DNA of 64,000 nt from Hypanus sabinus (GCF_030144855.1 NC_082731.1:22382001-22446000), one strand, 5' to 3'; numbered from the stretch's first letter, positions 49,741 to 64,000 are shown. Notes: generated by a model from the letters alone, not told the origin. Translations and numbers: made by a program.

Positions 49741-50888
49741 TGTCACGGTCCTTTCCGCGGACTCTGGCCTCCGGGTCCTCCGGCTGTCTCTTGTTTCTGT
49801 CGGATTTAACCAGAACCACGTGAGGCTCATCTAGTCCGCTGGTAGTATAAGTGGCCCTGGTATTGAGTGGGGTTGGGTGTTCGCCTTTTCTAGATTCCCA
49901 TGGCAACAAATGGCTGGTGGAAGGCTAGAACGGACTCATGCCATCTTTGGGACGGCGTTGGAAAATCATGGCTTCTGGAGCCTTGCACGTAGTAGTCGGA
50001 GCTGTCATTGTGGTATGGATTCAACTGTTTCCCTGGCCAACTGGGTGGCCGTCGTCCACTCCGAGCTAGGTAGCGATCCGGTTGCTTCCGTATTCAGTCA
50101 TGACGGCCGGCCATAACGGCAACGCAGAGCTACACGGATACGGAGATGGAAATGTCCGTTGTTCTTTGGTGTTTGGCTCTTTCTGTTCTGTCCTTGGTGG
50201 GGTAAGTCAGGGTGTTCTGCCATTGCCCTGCGGGGGGGAAACTGTCTTGTCTTGTCTCTGGCCCGGTCGGGTAAGTCAGGCCGTTCAGCCGTTAACCGAC
50301 GGATGGTCCTACCACACCTTGGTGTTGAGTTCAATTTGAGTCCCGGCTTGTCGGAGGGTAAGTCCCGGCTCTATGTCAATGTACTGTCCCGTCTCGTGTC
50401 AGTGTCTTGTTGAAAATGAGATCTGGCACGTCGAAGGATAAGTCCCGGCTCCATGATTATGTACAGTTCCTAGTCTGCCTCCTAACTCCAGCCTCCGAGT
50501 TGTCCTAGCTCAAAAACTCTAACCTCAAGCCTCGACCCAGCCTGCAGCCTCTATCCTCGACCCAAACTTGCAGCTCCAAGAACCCATCCTCGACCCTCAA
50601 GCCTCAAGCACTCATGCCTCAAAACCGCGAGTATTCAGCCAAGCCTCCAGACCCCACATCTCCAGCCAAGCCTCTAGACCCCAAGACTCTAGCCAAGCAT
50701 TGTCTTCTCCTCGCCTTGGTCTGTGGGTCTGAGCACGAGGCATGACCCACATTCCGGGTCCTTGTCCTGTCTCGGGATTGGAGTACACCCGAGGTTCCTT
50801 GTTCCGAGTCCCTCGCCCTGCTCAGTTCCTAGTATTACAGTGTCGGCGTCCTGCATTTGGGTCCTGATTCTATACCCGTCCGATGACA
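49741..50888. mobile_element. Solo-LTR-like element with a perfect 5-bp target-site duplication
   Basis: TGTCA...TGACA ends; GAGAT at 49736-49740 and 50889-50893; internal degenerate tandem repeats at ~50520-50700. Confidence 0.8.
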
Positions 50889-51129
50889 GAGATAGAAAGA
50901 GGCTTGTGAGCCCGGGTGCACGATTCCCAAAACGATAAACTTCAAGTTAAGTCGGTGATAATTAATGCAAATGCAATATTACAATTTATTCTGAGAAAGC
51001 AAATATATAAAATGAGTGTGTGCCTGAGTGTGTGTGTGTGTACAAAAGTCTCTCTTATTTTGATTACCGAAGCGAATAGAAGATGGCCTGATTTACCAAA
51101 GACATCAAGCTAAAGATGACACATAAGGC

Positions 51130-51550
51130 CGGCAGAAATGTTTGGTCACACTGCACGGTCAGTAAATAATAACACCCCCTTGGGCAAGTATCACAGCTTG
51201 TAAATGCTTTCTGAAGCCAGCTAAGTATCTTTCAGTTCCAGTTTCGCTGATTTTTGTCCATACTTCCTTGTAAAGTGTTTCTAGTTCTGTGAGGTTCTTG
51301 GGTCCTCTTGCATGCACAGTTCTCTTGAGGTCTATCCATCAATTTTCGACGATATGGAGGTGTGAGGGCATGACAAACAGTCAGTGCCGCTTGTGGTAGT
51401 CTATTGTGGATTTTGAGTTGGTTTAATATCATTATCCTGTTGTAGAACCCAATCTCTTTTCATCTTCTGTTGTTTTTTTTTACATGCAGTATGATGTTAT
51501 CTTACAGAATTTGCTGGTATCTAATTAAATTCATTCTTCCCTCCACTGGT
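51130..51550 (-). mobile_element. Tc1 3'-end fragment
   Basis: Terminal-repeat-like AAATGTTTGGTCAC and ACCCCCTTGGGCAAGTATCACAGCTTGT, related to 49660-49720; transposase C-terminal-like text on the minus strand. Confidence 0.55.
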
Positions 51551-52109
51551 CTCGGACTATTTTGTCGTATTTTCCGTCAGCGACATTCGTATTATTATGC
51601 AAGTACGTATTGCCACAGGTGAGATATTTGCCACGATATTTCTTTTGAAATTTGTCACAATTCTGGATCTCAAGCGTATTCGGGATCCCAAAGGCACACA
51701 AGAGAATGCTTGATATCCAGAATTAAATGTATATTTTAATGACTTTCGTAACAACGTCCTATTATTCCTTATTACACGTAAGGGAACAGTTGATAATAAT
51801 TTAATTATTTATACATTCAGTTACAGTACTGTGGTATAGTGAACATGTGTGTCCCCAGACTGTACATTAAATGATTCCTCCCTTTAGTTTAAAGAAGTGA
51901 TTGCCAAATAAAACACAACTGCATGCAGGTCATTTTATCTTACCTGCACAGAATAGGGAGTACATGTTTATAATGAAGACGCCATGCCTCTGTCGAGGTG
52001 TTTGTGGTAGCACAGACTGTGATCCAACTGCGTTTTCCCAGTGGATGAGTAACTGCGAGTACATAGAGAGTGCAGCAACCAGAGACAGTACAGGGCAATG
52101 AGTTAACAA

Positions 52110-53530
52110 TTAGGTGAATACATAAAGGAAAAAAAATATAAGTTACAGTGGATTAATAGGAGTGTCGGTAAATAGACTTAGTATCTCCACAAGAGGGGGG
52201 AGATTGAGGGGTGATAGAAGATTGAGGGGGATCATATTGAAACGTATAACATTCTAAAGAGATTGGGCAGGCTAGATGCAGGAAGATTGTTTCCAATGTT
52301 GGGGAAGTCCAGAACGAGCGGCCCCTGTTTAAGGATAAAGTGAAAGCATTTTAGGAACGAGATGAGTAAAAACTTCTTCACACTGAGAGTGGCGAATCTG
52401 TGGAATTCTCTGCCACAGAAAATAGTTGAGGCCGGTTCATTAGCTATATTTTAGTGGAAGTTATATATGGCCCTTGTGGCTAAAGGGATCGGGGGTATGG
52501 AGAGAAAGCAGGTACAGGGTTCTGAATTGGATGATCAGCCATGATCATACTGAATGGCGGTGCAGGCTCGAAGGGCTGAATGGCCTATTCATGCAATTAT
52601 TTTCTATGTTTCTAAGTTTCTAAGCGGGCAGTAAATTTCGTGGAACTACGGCACCCTCTCTCTGCATCTACAAACTGTTGCAACACGCAACTTAGTGCAA
52701 TGCTGAAAATCTAAGAGTCATGCACGGTCAGCCATGCTGTCTTCATTACACTTAGTTAAGAACACGTTGTCGCAAGGAAAAATCCCTTTCTTTGCTCAAC
52801 AAATGAAAGCACTTATATCCTTTATCTTTGGAGAGTTATCACAGCGTATTGGTTCTTGTTATTACTTGAAACAGTTCAGTAATCGGGGTAGTATATGTAT
52901 TTTGCTTCAGCATTGGTTTTCCAGTACTGCAGACGTAGAACACCAGAAAGCCCCATCGTGAAAAAAATAAATATCTCGCATTGCTTCTTTTGACCACTTT
53001 TCAATTAACGCTTCCATTCCTGTAATAGAAAATGAAAACGGAGATGTAAATTTGAGGCCTCATTTGGAGTACAATTGCTGACAAGCAATTTTGCTCCCCC
53101 AGTCTACGAATTAATGTGCAGAGCTCAAAGGAAGTTCATCTAGATCATTCTAGGGTGGAGCGTCTTGTCATATGAAGAAAATTTGAATGACTCTGGGTAT
53201 TCCGAAGAATACGAGGTGACATAATTGAAAAGAAATTAAAGTTGAAAGACCTGTAAAACGACTATTCCTCATGGCAGAAGAGTCTAGAATCAGAGGGCAC
53301 AGGCTCACAATGGAGCGGCGGCCTTTTCGGAAGAAGATTAAGATGATATTTTGTTGCCTGAAGTTGGAAAATTTGTGGCATTAATTGCCACAAGCAGCTA
53401 TGGAGACAATGTCATTGGCAGCTGGACAGACTCTTGATTGACCGGGGAATATGGGATTACGTATAGAAAACCGGAGACTGGGGCTGGGAACAATAATTGG
53501 TCCGCCCTGATGAAATGGTGGAGCCAATGT
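52110..53530 (+). mobile_element. Two CR1 3'-end fragments (about 52110-52625 and 53040-53530)
   Basis: GATCAGCCATGATC..TGAATGGCGGTGCAGGCTCGAAGGGC 3'-UTR sequence shared with ~33760-33800; (TTTCTA.G)n tail. Confidence 0.75.
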
Positions 53531-55639
53531 AATGAACCTAATGGCATAATTATCCTCAAATATCATGCGTTATTATAGGCAAACATCGACGCAACTGCAG
53601 CATTTTTATTGATCATGTAGGCATTCTAGAGGGAATTCTTACTCACTCTCTAAGGACACGATTCTGCAAGGCTCAGTGGAACAGTTGTTCAGCAAAGAGA
53701 CGTTCGATGAGAAAATTAATAATAATTAAATATAAAGATGGAAAACAACCAATGCACTACCCCGTTTCCTTTTACAACCAGGACACCTGCCCACCCCAGC
53801 CTCCGGACATCGGATCAGCGAATGAAACAAAAGCAAATTGTGTTCTAACTATGGGAGAAAAAATGTACAGACAGAGCGGTGCAAGAAACCGGGCTGTCTA
53901 ACTGACGTCTGTTCATGTACGTGATGATGTCAAAAGATCACTGCCAAAACTGAATAAATCTGAAGGGGGGAAAAAAAAAACATAAGGGCAAGTTCCTGGT
54001 GTACTCCCTGGTGTATGAAGTTGGCTAAGCAAAGTAAGTGACTGAAAATGTATACTGGATGGTAGATATTCACCTTTCAACCGAACGCGCAAGAAATTTG
54101 GTGTTATCAAAATTATTTGAATGGGACCGTATTTAACCAGCTCTATTACAGTTTATTTTTACATCGACTATTTGCTTCCTGACATCTTTAAAGTTATTCA
54201 AGCGTACTTTACATAAATGTTTCCCTTAATTTTATATTCTATCCTGTGTCATTCAAGAAATTGCTTCGCCTTAAAACTGACATCATTGCAGTTATGAAGA
54301 CATGTATCTAATTCCCTTACAGGGACGGAAGTGAAATAGACTGTGGAGTTGCCTGGAAAATATATTTTGAACAGATCGTTCCCAGCTATCAACATGAAAA
54401 GAAGTACATCATCGTAAAGTAATGAGCATTAATAGCGTGGCTTGCTATATCAGACAAGGGATTTCAGTTCCGCTTTAAGGCAGTAGCCGAAAGAATAATT
54501 TCAAAAATACAGTCAACGAATGTCCCTTCCCCGTTTATTACATACACAAGAAGAGCGTTACAAAGCACCCGACAGAATTTGATTGCAATGATCTTTCCAT
54601 CGGCCACTACATGTAAGGTAGACAGTACGAGTGAGAAAGCAAACTTTAGTCTTCGACACACCCAGTGGCAGTTAACTGTTAGAACCATTAAGACCCCACC
54701 CCAGCTTCCATTCAAAAGCATAAGCATCAGCAAGCTAATTATCCCCCCTTCCCCAACTTCAAATAAAGCATCGGCGCCCCACGGCAAGCACTGAAGCATG
54801 AAGCAAAGAATGAATTATTATACAGACTTGCAGTAACCCAAAGACGGATAATTGGACATACTCATGTTTTCTCTCTTCCTAATAAGGGAAAAAAATGTCC
54901 CCGTTTCACAACCAGAAGGGAGACATAACAAAGAATTCGCTGATTTATGATGTCAAAATCTATCGTGATGTTTTTGCGAGCTCTGCGCAGATCTCAATTC
55001 ACTGGACACACGGCCCAATACAGCTAACCGGCTGCTCCCGATGTTCCGTGTTCTCCCGCGACACGTCAGTCAGGGGCAGCGGCCTTGTATAATCCTATCC
55101 TCATGCCACGAAAATCCGGCACGCTGAAGGCGCAGAGGCCGCGTCCAAGAGATGACAAAGTGTGGCAAGTCGTGAGGCCCTGATTCCGGGTCGCATTTCC
55201 GCAAGGAACCGAAGTCAAAGTGTAACTCCAGGTCAGAGGCTTTGAAAGATCATTGGAATGGGGAAAATAGAGATATCAACGATGGTAGGAAAGTTCTTTC
55301 TAAAGATGCAAGCAGGTACTCGCTGTTTATCGCCACCATCATTACGCTTCGCACCCATTCTAAGTCCTTCTCCTACTCTTTATTCCTTAAAAGTTATTTG
55401 CCGCTCCTCCTGTCTACGTATGGTCTGCAAAATTTCCTACAAAGCAATCAATTCCAAATAATCAGCATTTAACGTGAAAACAATCTGTCACCACACAATC
55501 CCTGGAGAAGAAAACAACTGGAATTGCGTCCATGCTTACTAGCACCATTTATACGTCTGCAGATTGGCACTCACTCTGTTACACTTTATTTATCTGAAGA
55601 AACTTTTCGTATTCTGTTTAATACTATTGTCGGCTTACA

Positions 55640-57800
55640 TTTGTATACCGCCTTTGCATTCTTAATGCCAATTTACTTAGCTGCTTTTGATTTTTTTTTT
55701 GAAATTCCCTAATCGTCCAGCTTTCCAAAAAAAACATAGCTTTATTATATGCCCTTTGTTAGGTCTTCTGTTGACTGATTTCTCTTGTTAACCATGTCCG
55801 TGTTATTTTGGGTTTAAAATACCTCTTCTTCCTGGAGATGAATATATTATGTGCTTTCCGAGATGCATTCAGAATTGTAACCATTGATGCCTCTCCGTAT
55901 TCCCTGCTAGTGTTTTTTTTTTTATTTCCCCCCTAATCATTTCTGGCCGTAAGCTCTTTCATCTCTGTCATCTCTCTCAGGCCTCTGTAATTTGCCTTAT
56001 TCTACAGTAAAATATGATACCTCTGTCTGCAGATGCCCCTTCTGAAAGTTCGTGGTTAAGTAGCTATTACTGTTATAAGTTTCCCCTAATGATTGTTCTA
56101 CCTTTCGATATTTAATTAATTGCATGCCATTCTATAACACACAATCCTGTATATCTGACGCTATAGTGAGCTCAAAAACGATGTTTTGTAAGAAACCAAT
56201 ATTGTAGACATCCTGAAATCGAGCGCTAAACTGTGTTTCCAAATCGACCTGCACATTGGAATTCCATTGACTATTTTAAAATTGTTCATCTGTCAGGTAT
56301 TTTCCATTGCCCTTTGTATTCTGAAAGAAATAACCGAAGGTAATTTCTCAGGTAAGGACATGTTAGGCACAGTTTTTGTGGGGCGAAGGGTCTGTAATAT
56401 GCTACATTTTTCTAAGTTTTGATGCAATTTGTTGACCTCATCTACGCTATTGTTTGGGGTGCGGTGCAACACTTTTCATGAACTGTGATTTGTTTTATCT
56501 TTATTTTATATTTTATGTTGCCGTTACTAAGCTCAATCGACAATGATTCAACATCTATCAACTTTTCTCACCTTTCACTAAAGATTTGATTTCATTTTTC
56601 ATCAACAAAGCAATGCGAACTCGGCTCTTTACTTGCCAGTCTTTTCGATACAACTTCTATTCAAGGACAATAACCTCCCAGATATAATCTTCTCTCAGCT
56701 CTGATTCAGCAATGCCTACAGCATCATTCAAGCATATCTGTAACTTTATTACGTTCATTGTTCCATATACGAGAGGATTCAAATATAACATCTTCATCCC
56801 TGCATTCACATCAGTTTTAGGTTTGTGCAGTTTTAACATTGTAACTCATCCTGTAGATTGCATTTTGCCCTATCCTGCGATTTCCCTTGCTTGGGGTCCG
56901 ATAACAATGGAATGAGTTTGTAAACCAATACTGTCATTCAGTATTACCACTCAGGCTCCAAACCCGCACCCAAGTTAGTTGTAATCAACACGAACAAAGC
57001 TGGTCCACTTTCCCGTAACGATACTGGATCATGGAGGACTCAATGGAATCCGCCCCATTTTCACAGCCCATACTTTTCCCAGGAGATCCCAATGTTCAAT
57101 AAATTTGAACTCCTGCCCTTGCACCAGTTCTTCAGCCAAGTAATGAACTGATAAATCATTCCATATCTACCCTCACTGTCTGATGGAACAGGCAACAATC
57201 TAGTGATTGCTACACCGGTGTTCCCGCTTTTTCATCTTTCTACGCTGCTCCCTAAATCCCTCATAATGACTTCATCACATTTCCAACCTATGTAATTAAG
57301 GACAATATTCACAAGGACTTCCTGCTGCTCACCTTGGCCCTTCAAAAAGTACTAGACCCCAAGTGAGTCTTCCCTTAATCGAGCAACCGAGAGGCAACAC
57401 ATCACCACGATTGTCCCATGGCGCCTACTTAACCTCGACAATGTTCGTGTCAAAACTGAAGTCATCTTCATCTCACAGCTCCTATGAGCCACAACACGCA
57501 GTCATTGCGGCTAAGCTATAGTATTTCTCCCTTCTAAATTGTAGCTATAATTTATTATGGTTTGGTACAGCTACTGGTGTACTTTGTACTGGATGTTAAT
57601 GTCCCGTTATTTTCATGAGACACCCATTTACCTTACTCTCGCTGTAGCTCCTGTCTATCACGTACTCATACAAAAGTCATCGATCTGAAGCTCCAGTTCT
57701 GCAATACATTCTTTCAGAAGTTGCAACACTGTGCAATTGCAGTATATGTGTGTACCTGTGAAAATGGAAGGCAACAGACCTGCCACATCCCCACACATTA
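55640..57800 (-). mobile_element. Decayed CR1 including an ORF1 remnant
   Basis: CNCTVLQLLKECIAELELQIDD (ORF1 leucine-zipper-like) and AVGIAES.L..DYIWE (endonuclease-like). Confidence 0.65.
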
Positions 57801-58429
57801 CAGACCTGTGCCCTGAAACCAATCTCACTAATCTGCTATGACCTAACAGATGTGGAATGAACAAATAACAGCCTTGTAAGTAACCTACCAGACAATATCC
57901 CTCAAACAATCCTAATCTCGCCGAATCCTGATAGGCCAAACGCAATTCGAAAGACGGAACACTTAAAATATTCTCCAGTCCAAGAGTCGATTTTCCTCTT
58001 GCATTTCAGTTAGGTTGATTGGCTTTCCCATAAATCTCTCTTTCCAGATCGCCCCTAAAAATGGAAAAGCAGACTTTTCTCGAAACTCTGCCTTCGAACT
58101 GCAGCGTGTCGCCCTGATAAACAAGCAAATTTAAAAAAAAAATGCTCTTTTCTCGTACTCATGGTGTGGATTGAAACCGACATACTTTAGGTAAACGGTT
58201 GGCACTGCTGGAGAGACTCTGTTGTTTCCTGGGTAGTGTTGAGAGAGGAGGCCAGTGTGCGGCTGTAGTATTTCTTACCTTTGCGTTCATGATCCCGCAA
58301 GGAATTAAGTGGAGAGGGCTGAATTGACAGGGAATCCTGGATTGAACAAACCCTTTGAAAAGAGAATAGTGTGCGAAGGGGACGTCAACGTGTGAACGGT
58401 GTTAGATAGTCGGAAACCTTTGCAGATTT

Positions 58430-60420
58430 GGATCATAGAAAAAAAGAAAATCGACAGGACAATACAGGCGCCTCGGCTCACAAAGCTGCTCCAAGCGTGT
58501 AATTACCTTCTAATTACCTAGGCTTACCCTTTGCCCTCTATATTTCTGAGCTCCAATTATCCACCCAGGAGTCTCTTAAAAGACCTTATCGTATCTGGTT
58601 TCACTTTCGCCGCCGACAGCCCATTCTGCGCACTCAGTGCTCTCTGCGTAAAAGAAAACAAAATAAAAACTTACCCCTGACATCTTTTCTGTACTATTTC
58701 CCAGCACACTAAAAGTATGACCTCTCCTGCTAGACATTTCAGCCCTGCAAAAAAGCCTCTGACTATCCACACGACCAACGTTTCTCATTATCTTATACAC
58801 ATCTATCAGGTTTCCTCTCATCTTCCGTTGGTCCAAGTAGAAATGGCCGAGTTCACTGACAGTATTCTCATAAGACATGCTCCCGGGACCAGGCAACATC
58901 CTTGTAAATCTCCTCTGCACAGTTTATATGTTTTCCACGTATTTCCTGTAGTGAGGCGAACGGAAGTGAGTACCGTTCTCCAAATGGGGTCTGACCAGGG
59001 TCATTTATAGATGGATCATTACCTCTCAGATCCTAATTCAATCCCATGATGGAAGACGCCCAATGGACTGTAGGCCTTCCTTGCAGAGTCAACCTGCGTA
59101 GCAGCATTGAGTGTCCTATCGACACAGATACCAAGTTCCCTCTGATCCTCAACTCTGCCAACAGTCCTATCAAAGCATCCTATCAAGTTCCCGCTGTACC
59201 TTCTGATAGCTCTGCACACTATCCACAACACCCACAAACCTTGTATTATAATAAAGTTTATTAACCCATCCCTCCACCTCCACATTCAGATTTATAAAAG
59301 TCAAAAAGATTAGGGACCCCGGCGCAGATCCCTGAAGAATACCACTCGTTGCTGGCCTCCAGGCAGAATATGACCTGTCTATAACGACACTTGCCTTCTC
59401 TGAGCAAGCCAGTTCTGAATCCACAATGGAATGTCCCCTTGGATCCCATGCCCCTTTACTTTCTCAGTAAGTCTAGCATGTGGTACCTTGTGAAATGCCT
59501 TTGCTGAAATCCATATACACTACATATAATATTCGACCTCCATCAATGTGTTTAGACTCATCGTTAAAAATGCAATCAAGCTCTTAAGCACAGCCTGCAT
59601 TTGACAAAGCCATGCTGACTACTCCTAATAATATTCTGCCTCACCAAATGTTCATACATCTTGCTGATAATCCCGAACTTACTACCCACTAAAGTAAGAC
59701 TGACTGGTCTGTAATTGCTTAGGTTATCCCTACTCCGTTTGCAGAATAAGCCTATAACATCCGGAAACCTCCATATCTCTGGAATCTCTCCCGTCCTGAT
59801 TGATGATGCAAGGATCATCGCCCGAACCATCGCAATCTTCTCCCTCGCTTCCCACAGTAGATTGTGGTACACCGTGTCCGCTCCCGGTGTCTTATCCAAC
59901 TTGATGCTTTACAAAAGCTCCAGTGCATCCTCTTCATCATATTTACATGCTCAGATATTTCGGTCCGGTACAAGTTATCTACGATTGTGGAAGCGCCAAC
60001 ATCATTTTCCGTAGTGAATACAGAAGCAGAACGTTCATTATGAACCGCTGCCATCTCCTCCGGTTTCATGCACACTTTTCCACTGTCATACTTGATTTGT
60101 CCTATTCAGTCACGTCCTATCCTCATTTTCTTCACATATTTGGAGACCGCCTTGGGGTGTTCCTTAGTCCTGTCCGCCAAGACCTTCTATTGGCCCCTGC
60201 TGACTCCCCTAATTTAATTCTTAATTTCCTTCCTTCTAGCATAATCTTCTAGATATCTATCATTCCCTGCTTTCTTTGAATCTTTCGTATTTCCCTCTTT
60301 TCTTCTTGACTAGATTTACAACGGACTTTGTACACCACGGTTCCTGTACCTTACCAACGTTTCCTTGTCTCATTGAATATATCTATGTTGAACCCCACGC
60401 AAATATCAAAAAATATTTGC
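58430..60420 (-). mobile_element. CR1 LINE 3' portion
   Basis: MQRRFTRMLPG, GILQGSAPG, DKTPGAD and NYRPVSLTLV...SQHGFVK motifs. Confidence 0.85.
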
Positions 60421-61517
60421 CACATTTCTTCTGTACGCTATCCTGAGAACTGCTGCTTCCAATTTATGATTGTGGAAGATATGGTAATATACCGCTGATT
60501 TGTAGCAATGGTGTTTCATCATTAGGTCTCAACATTTTATACATCTAGCAGCACCGGGATTCCGTTATTGCAATGATAAATCGTGGATTATCAGGAATTC
60601 GTAGAAGATGTTTTCTGCGAATTCTGATCATCTTGTTAGATTTGTGATTGAAATTATTTCCTGGACTATATGGATACAAAATATTTTCACTGTAATTCGG
60701 TAGTCGTGACAATAAGTGATGAACTATCGATTACATTGCATGCACAGAGAAGTAAAAAGAGGAGACTTCCCTGGTGCGTTAGAGGTGGTGTAACTTACTT
60801 AATATTTACATAATATGTTTAGTTTACTTGCCTTACAATGTCAATTAGTTGAGTGACATTATTATTTCCCATCTAACATCACTAGTTCTGACGGCATGAC
60901 ATCGTTGTGTTACTTTCACAAATAAAATTCGAACTTAATGCAGTCTTTGCAAATGTCCCTTGTTTAGAATTTTACGATTTGTGTGCATGAAGTAAACGAA
61001 GCTTTCATCTGGTCTAACAGATCGACTGTGTCTTTCGTCCAGCACTGACAAAAGGACAAGATGGAATGGATTGAGCGAATTACAGAGAGATGTGTGTGGG
61101 GCGTGGAGGATGAAGAAACGATAGTTACCTATGAGTATTCACCTTTCTTGAGTTCAGTAATCTGCCTCATTTCTGGCGAAAATCTTGTATCTGCAATCAC
61201 GTTATCCTGCCTCTCCTTGCAATCACTATATACGTAGGTCATACATGTTGCCCTCTGAGAGTTAAAGAGTAAGGTTTCTAGAGAGCCCCGTCTCCCGAGA
61301 ACTGTGGAAGTCGCTCAAAATGTTTCAACAAGCTGCTCTAATTTTTAAGCATTTTTTCGAAGATATTGGAATAGAGTTAAACGGTCATGTTCTTGGAATA
61401 TAGCAAATAACCCGCCTGTTAAATAATATAGTTTTGGCGGAAAGTATCATTTTAGTGCCTTAATAATATCAGGTTCAGCTGAAGAAGTAAACTAGATTGT
61501 TTTATTCCGATAATCTG

Positions 61518-61752
61518 NNNNNNNNNNNNNNNNNNNNNNNNNNNNNNNNNNNNNNNNNNNNNNNNNNNNNNNNNNNNNNNNNNNNNNNNNNNNNNNNNNN
61601 NNNNNNNNNNNNNNNNNNNNNNNNNNNNNNNNNNNNNNNNNNNNNNNNNNNNNNNNNNNNNNNNNNNNNNNNNNNNNNNNNNNNNNNNNNNNNNNNNNNN
61701 NNNNNNNNNNNNNNNNNNNNNNNNNNNNNNNNNNNNNNNNNNNNNNNNNNNN
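61518..61752. other. Assembly gap
   Basis: Run of N. Confidence 1.
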
Positions 61753-64000
61753 AGTTAACTTAAGGACTAAATTGTTGAGGGCTGTAGAGGAGATGCGTCT
61801 TTAAATGAAGTGGGGCTGGTAAACCCTCACTTTTAGGTGGATAGAGGGAAAATCTTGGAAAGACGCAAATGTATATAAGGTGGAATTGATCGTGCAAAGT
61901 GCTATTTCCATTGCTTTGCTGTCACCTCTCGGCCAGCGGACGTATCGCTTCACTCACTCAAACAGCAGAAGGAAGTGACACTGGAACATCACCACGGTAT
62001 GTTGAGCAGAAAATAAATCAATCAATTGTTTAGAAACAATATGCAAAGATTCAGCATCTGGATTCAGCATTTTCAGGTACGTGGTTGCTCTTAAATGCTC
62101 ACCAGGCACTTGGTCGAATTTCTGGATCGGTATTTACACATGAATTACTAAAGACGTCGAATGAATTAAACACTATAAAAAAGACTGTTGGTATCGCCGA
62201 TATTAGAAGTGCAGGCCCAAGCTGTCCGTCGGATGCAGTGAATGCTAGCAAACATCGGCACCTGGGAGGATTGCATCTGTGCCGAATAGTTCTCTGAAGT
62301 TAGTCACTCCAATCTTCTATAGTTTCTACAACATATGCCGCTTCCGGGCTTCCACATCAATTAAGACAAGGTAGTACATCTGCTGTTATTAAGGCTATGT
62401 TGTGCGTTACTCTTTTTTTTGTCAAATACTTTACGTGACATGTCTTTTATAGTAGAGCAATGGGTAGTGCCTGTCGGTCTCATTTTCAGCTTCTACTACA
62501 GGCTCGCAGTGTCCCGAAAATGAAAGCTGTTTTTTAAGATATTTCCCGCCACTACGTTTCTCCAACAGCAAGCCTGATTTCACTCTGCTGGTTACACAAC
62601 ATAACTGAACTCCTTTTGCACTCAAGCTGATCGACACAGGACCGGGTGGATGTTTGAACCTTGCACGAGTAAAGCGGAAGTTCCCCGGCCTGTGGGCACG
62701 CTCTGCTGCTCATGAATCAGAACCAGTTCTAAGAGCAAATGTTCCCACTACACTATTAGCAGCCTCGGCAGAGTCGAAAGCGACGGGAATAAGCCCATGC
62801 AAGAATCCAGTGCGGAATGCCAAAGGCGGATGGGCATCATTAAACATTCTTCTAGCTACTTTGTAGCCAAGCTAGTGGTAAATGCATTTTTTGTTTGATT
62901 TCCTTTGGAGTAAACTGGTGAGGACAAACGAGGAGTCTAATTACTGAACATCTCAGGATCTTTATATCTTCCGCCCTCGTGATTATGATCTTGGATGAAG
63001 TCCCTGACCATGTTAGTCGGCGCAGAGAGCGCGCAATCTCAGAGGTATAACTGTTTTGCATGATATTTTCCGAGTACGGTGCGGCCAGCCGGTACCGGGA
63101 ACCGATACGGGTTTCAATAATTTAACTGCTCGCTATCAAAAGTGCAACGTGTGCCGTTCTTGTTCAAGAACCCTGCCCCTACATTCATGAAGAGTTGCGA
63201 AGGATTTGTCAACCGGATGATTGCATCCGGTATTGACGTGATAATATTAAGTGAGAGAGGAGTTCCACAGCTATTAGACTCCCGAAAAGGATAACTGCAT
63301 TTTCAGCTGGTAAGATGCTAGTGGACAATAGCGGTGCACTGCGGGTAACTGTTTGGTTATCGAACTGGCGATTGTTATTTTGTGTTTAATATGTATTTGT
63401 TTCTCGGTCGCAGTCCGGGTTAATAAATGCGTAGTGTCGTAGCGTTTGGTAACATAGGTTGGCATCGATGAATATCATTTTTGACGAGATATTGAATATA
63501 ATGTTTATTTAATTGTTCTTCAAAGTATTGGTTAATGTGTTTAGTGCTGATATACTCAGCTTCTACGACCGCCATCTTCATATACAAAATAAGCTCGGAA
63601 ATTTATCCGAGAGTTTAAACTACTCTGGTTGGTCCCAAAGAAGAATAAATCCTCGGAGTTATCTGCAGTAAATTTTATGTGGAAAAATTCACCTCTTTTT
63701 CCAACTGATCCATATCCCTCTGCAAGGCTTGAACGACTTCTTCAGTGTCGACTACATTGGAAATACCGGTGACCTCCGTAAAACTGCTGCTCGTTTCCAT
63801 GACGTTATCATCCAGATCACTGATATGGATGACAAAAAAAGGCACCTAACATCGATGCATGCAACCAACGTCTAGACAGAGCGGCAACCCTCTAAAGCAA
63901 TTCTCTGAAGTTGTCCACATAGTCAAATTCTAATTATATTTGCTACCTGTTTCAACATGTTGGGCGGCTGGATCGTCTTGACCGGCCTCACATGAGGCAT

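Noticed and set aside
53840-53901. NCVLTMGEKMYRQ resembling C...WYRQ
   Set aside because: Spacing too short, no Trp, and the ORF ends immediately.
1-64000. CRISPR arrays, rRNA or true tRNA genes, RAG-like/Transib transposon
   Set aside because: No repeat-spacer array or rRNA was seen, the only tRNA-like sequence is a SINE head, and no RSS-like TIR pair or RAG-like ORF was recognised.

Overview
Vertebrate genomic DNA, most likely a cartilaginous fish and probably a batoid (inferred from the CR1/Rex1/HERO/Tc1 repeat mix and the V-segment style). The window covers part of a T-cell receptor alpha/delta-type variable (V) gene array buried in decayed transposons. It holds three V segments, each followed by a 23-bp-spacer recombination signal sequence (RSS). 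V1 (~11.3-11.6 kb, minus) is a probable pseudogene. V2 (23244-23684, minus) and V3 (47122-47594, plus) each have an intact leader exon, GT-AG intron, V exon and RSS. No D, J or C segments were found. The most notable unexplained structure is a CTCF-like motif just downstream of the RSS of each V, always in the V's own orientation, plus an orphan strong site at 34.7 kb. V3 also carries an in-frame, signal-peptide-like ORF start inside its leader intron. The rest is Gypsy, HERO, piggyBac, hAT, Tc1, CR1, Rex1, SINE and solo-LTR relics, with two assembly gaps. The switch in V orientation spans one of those gaps and may be an assembly artefact. Most transposon boundaries are approximate and family calls were made by eye, without database searches.
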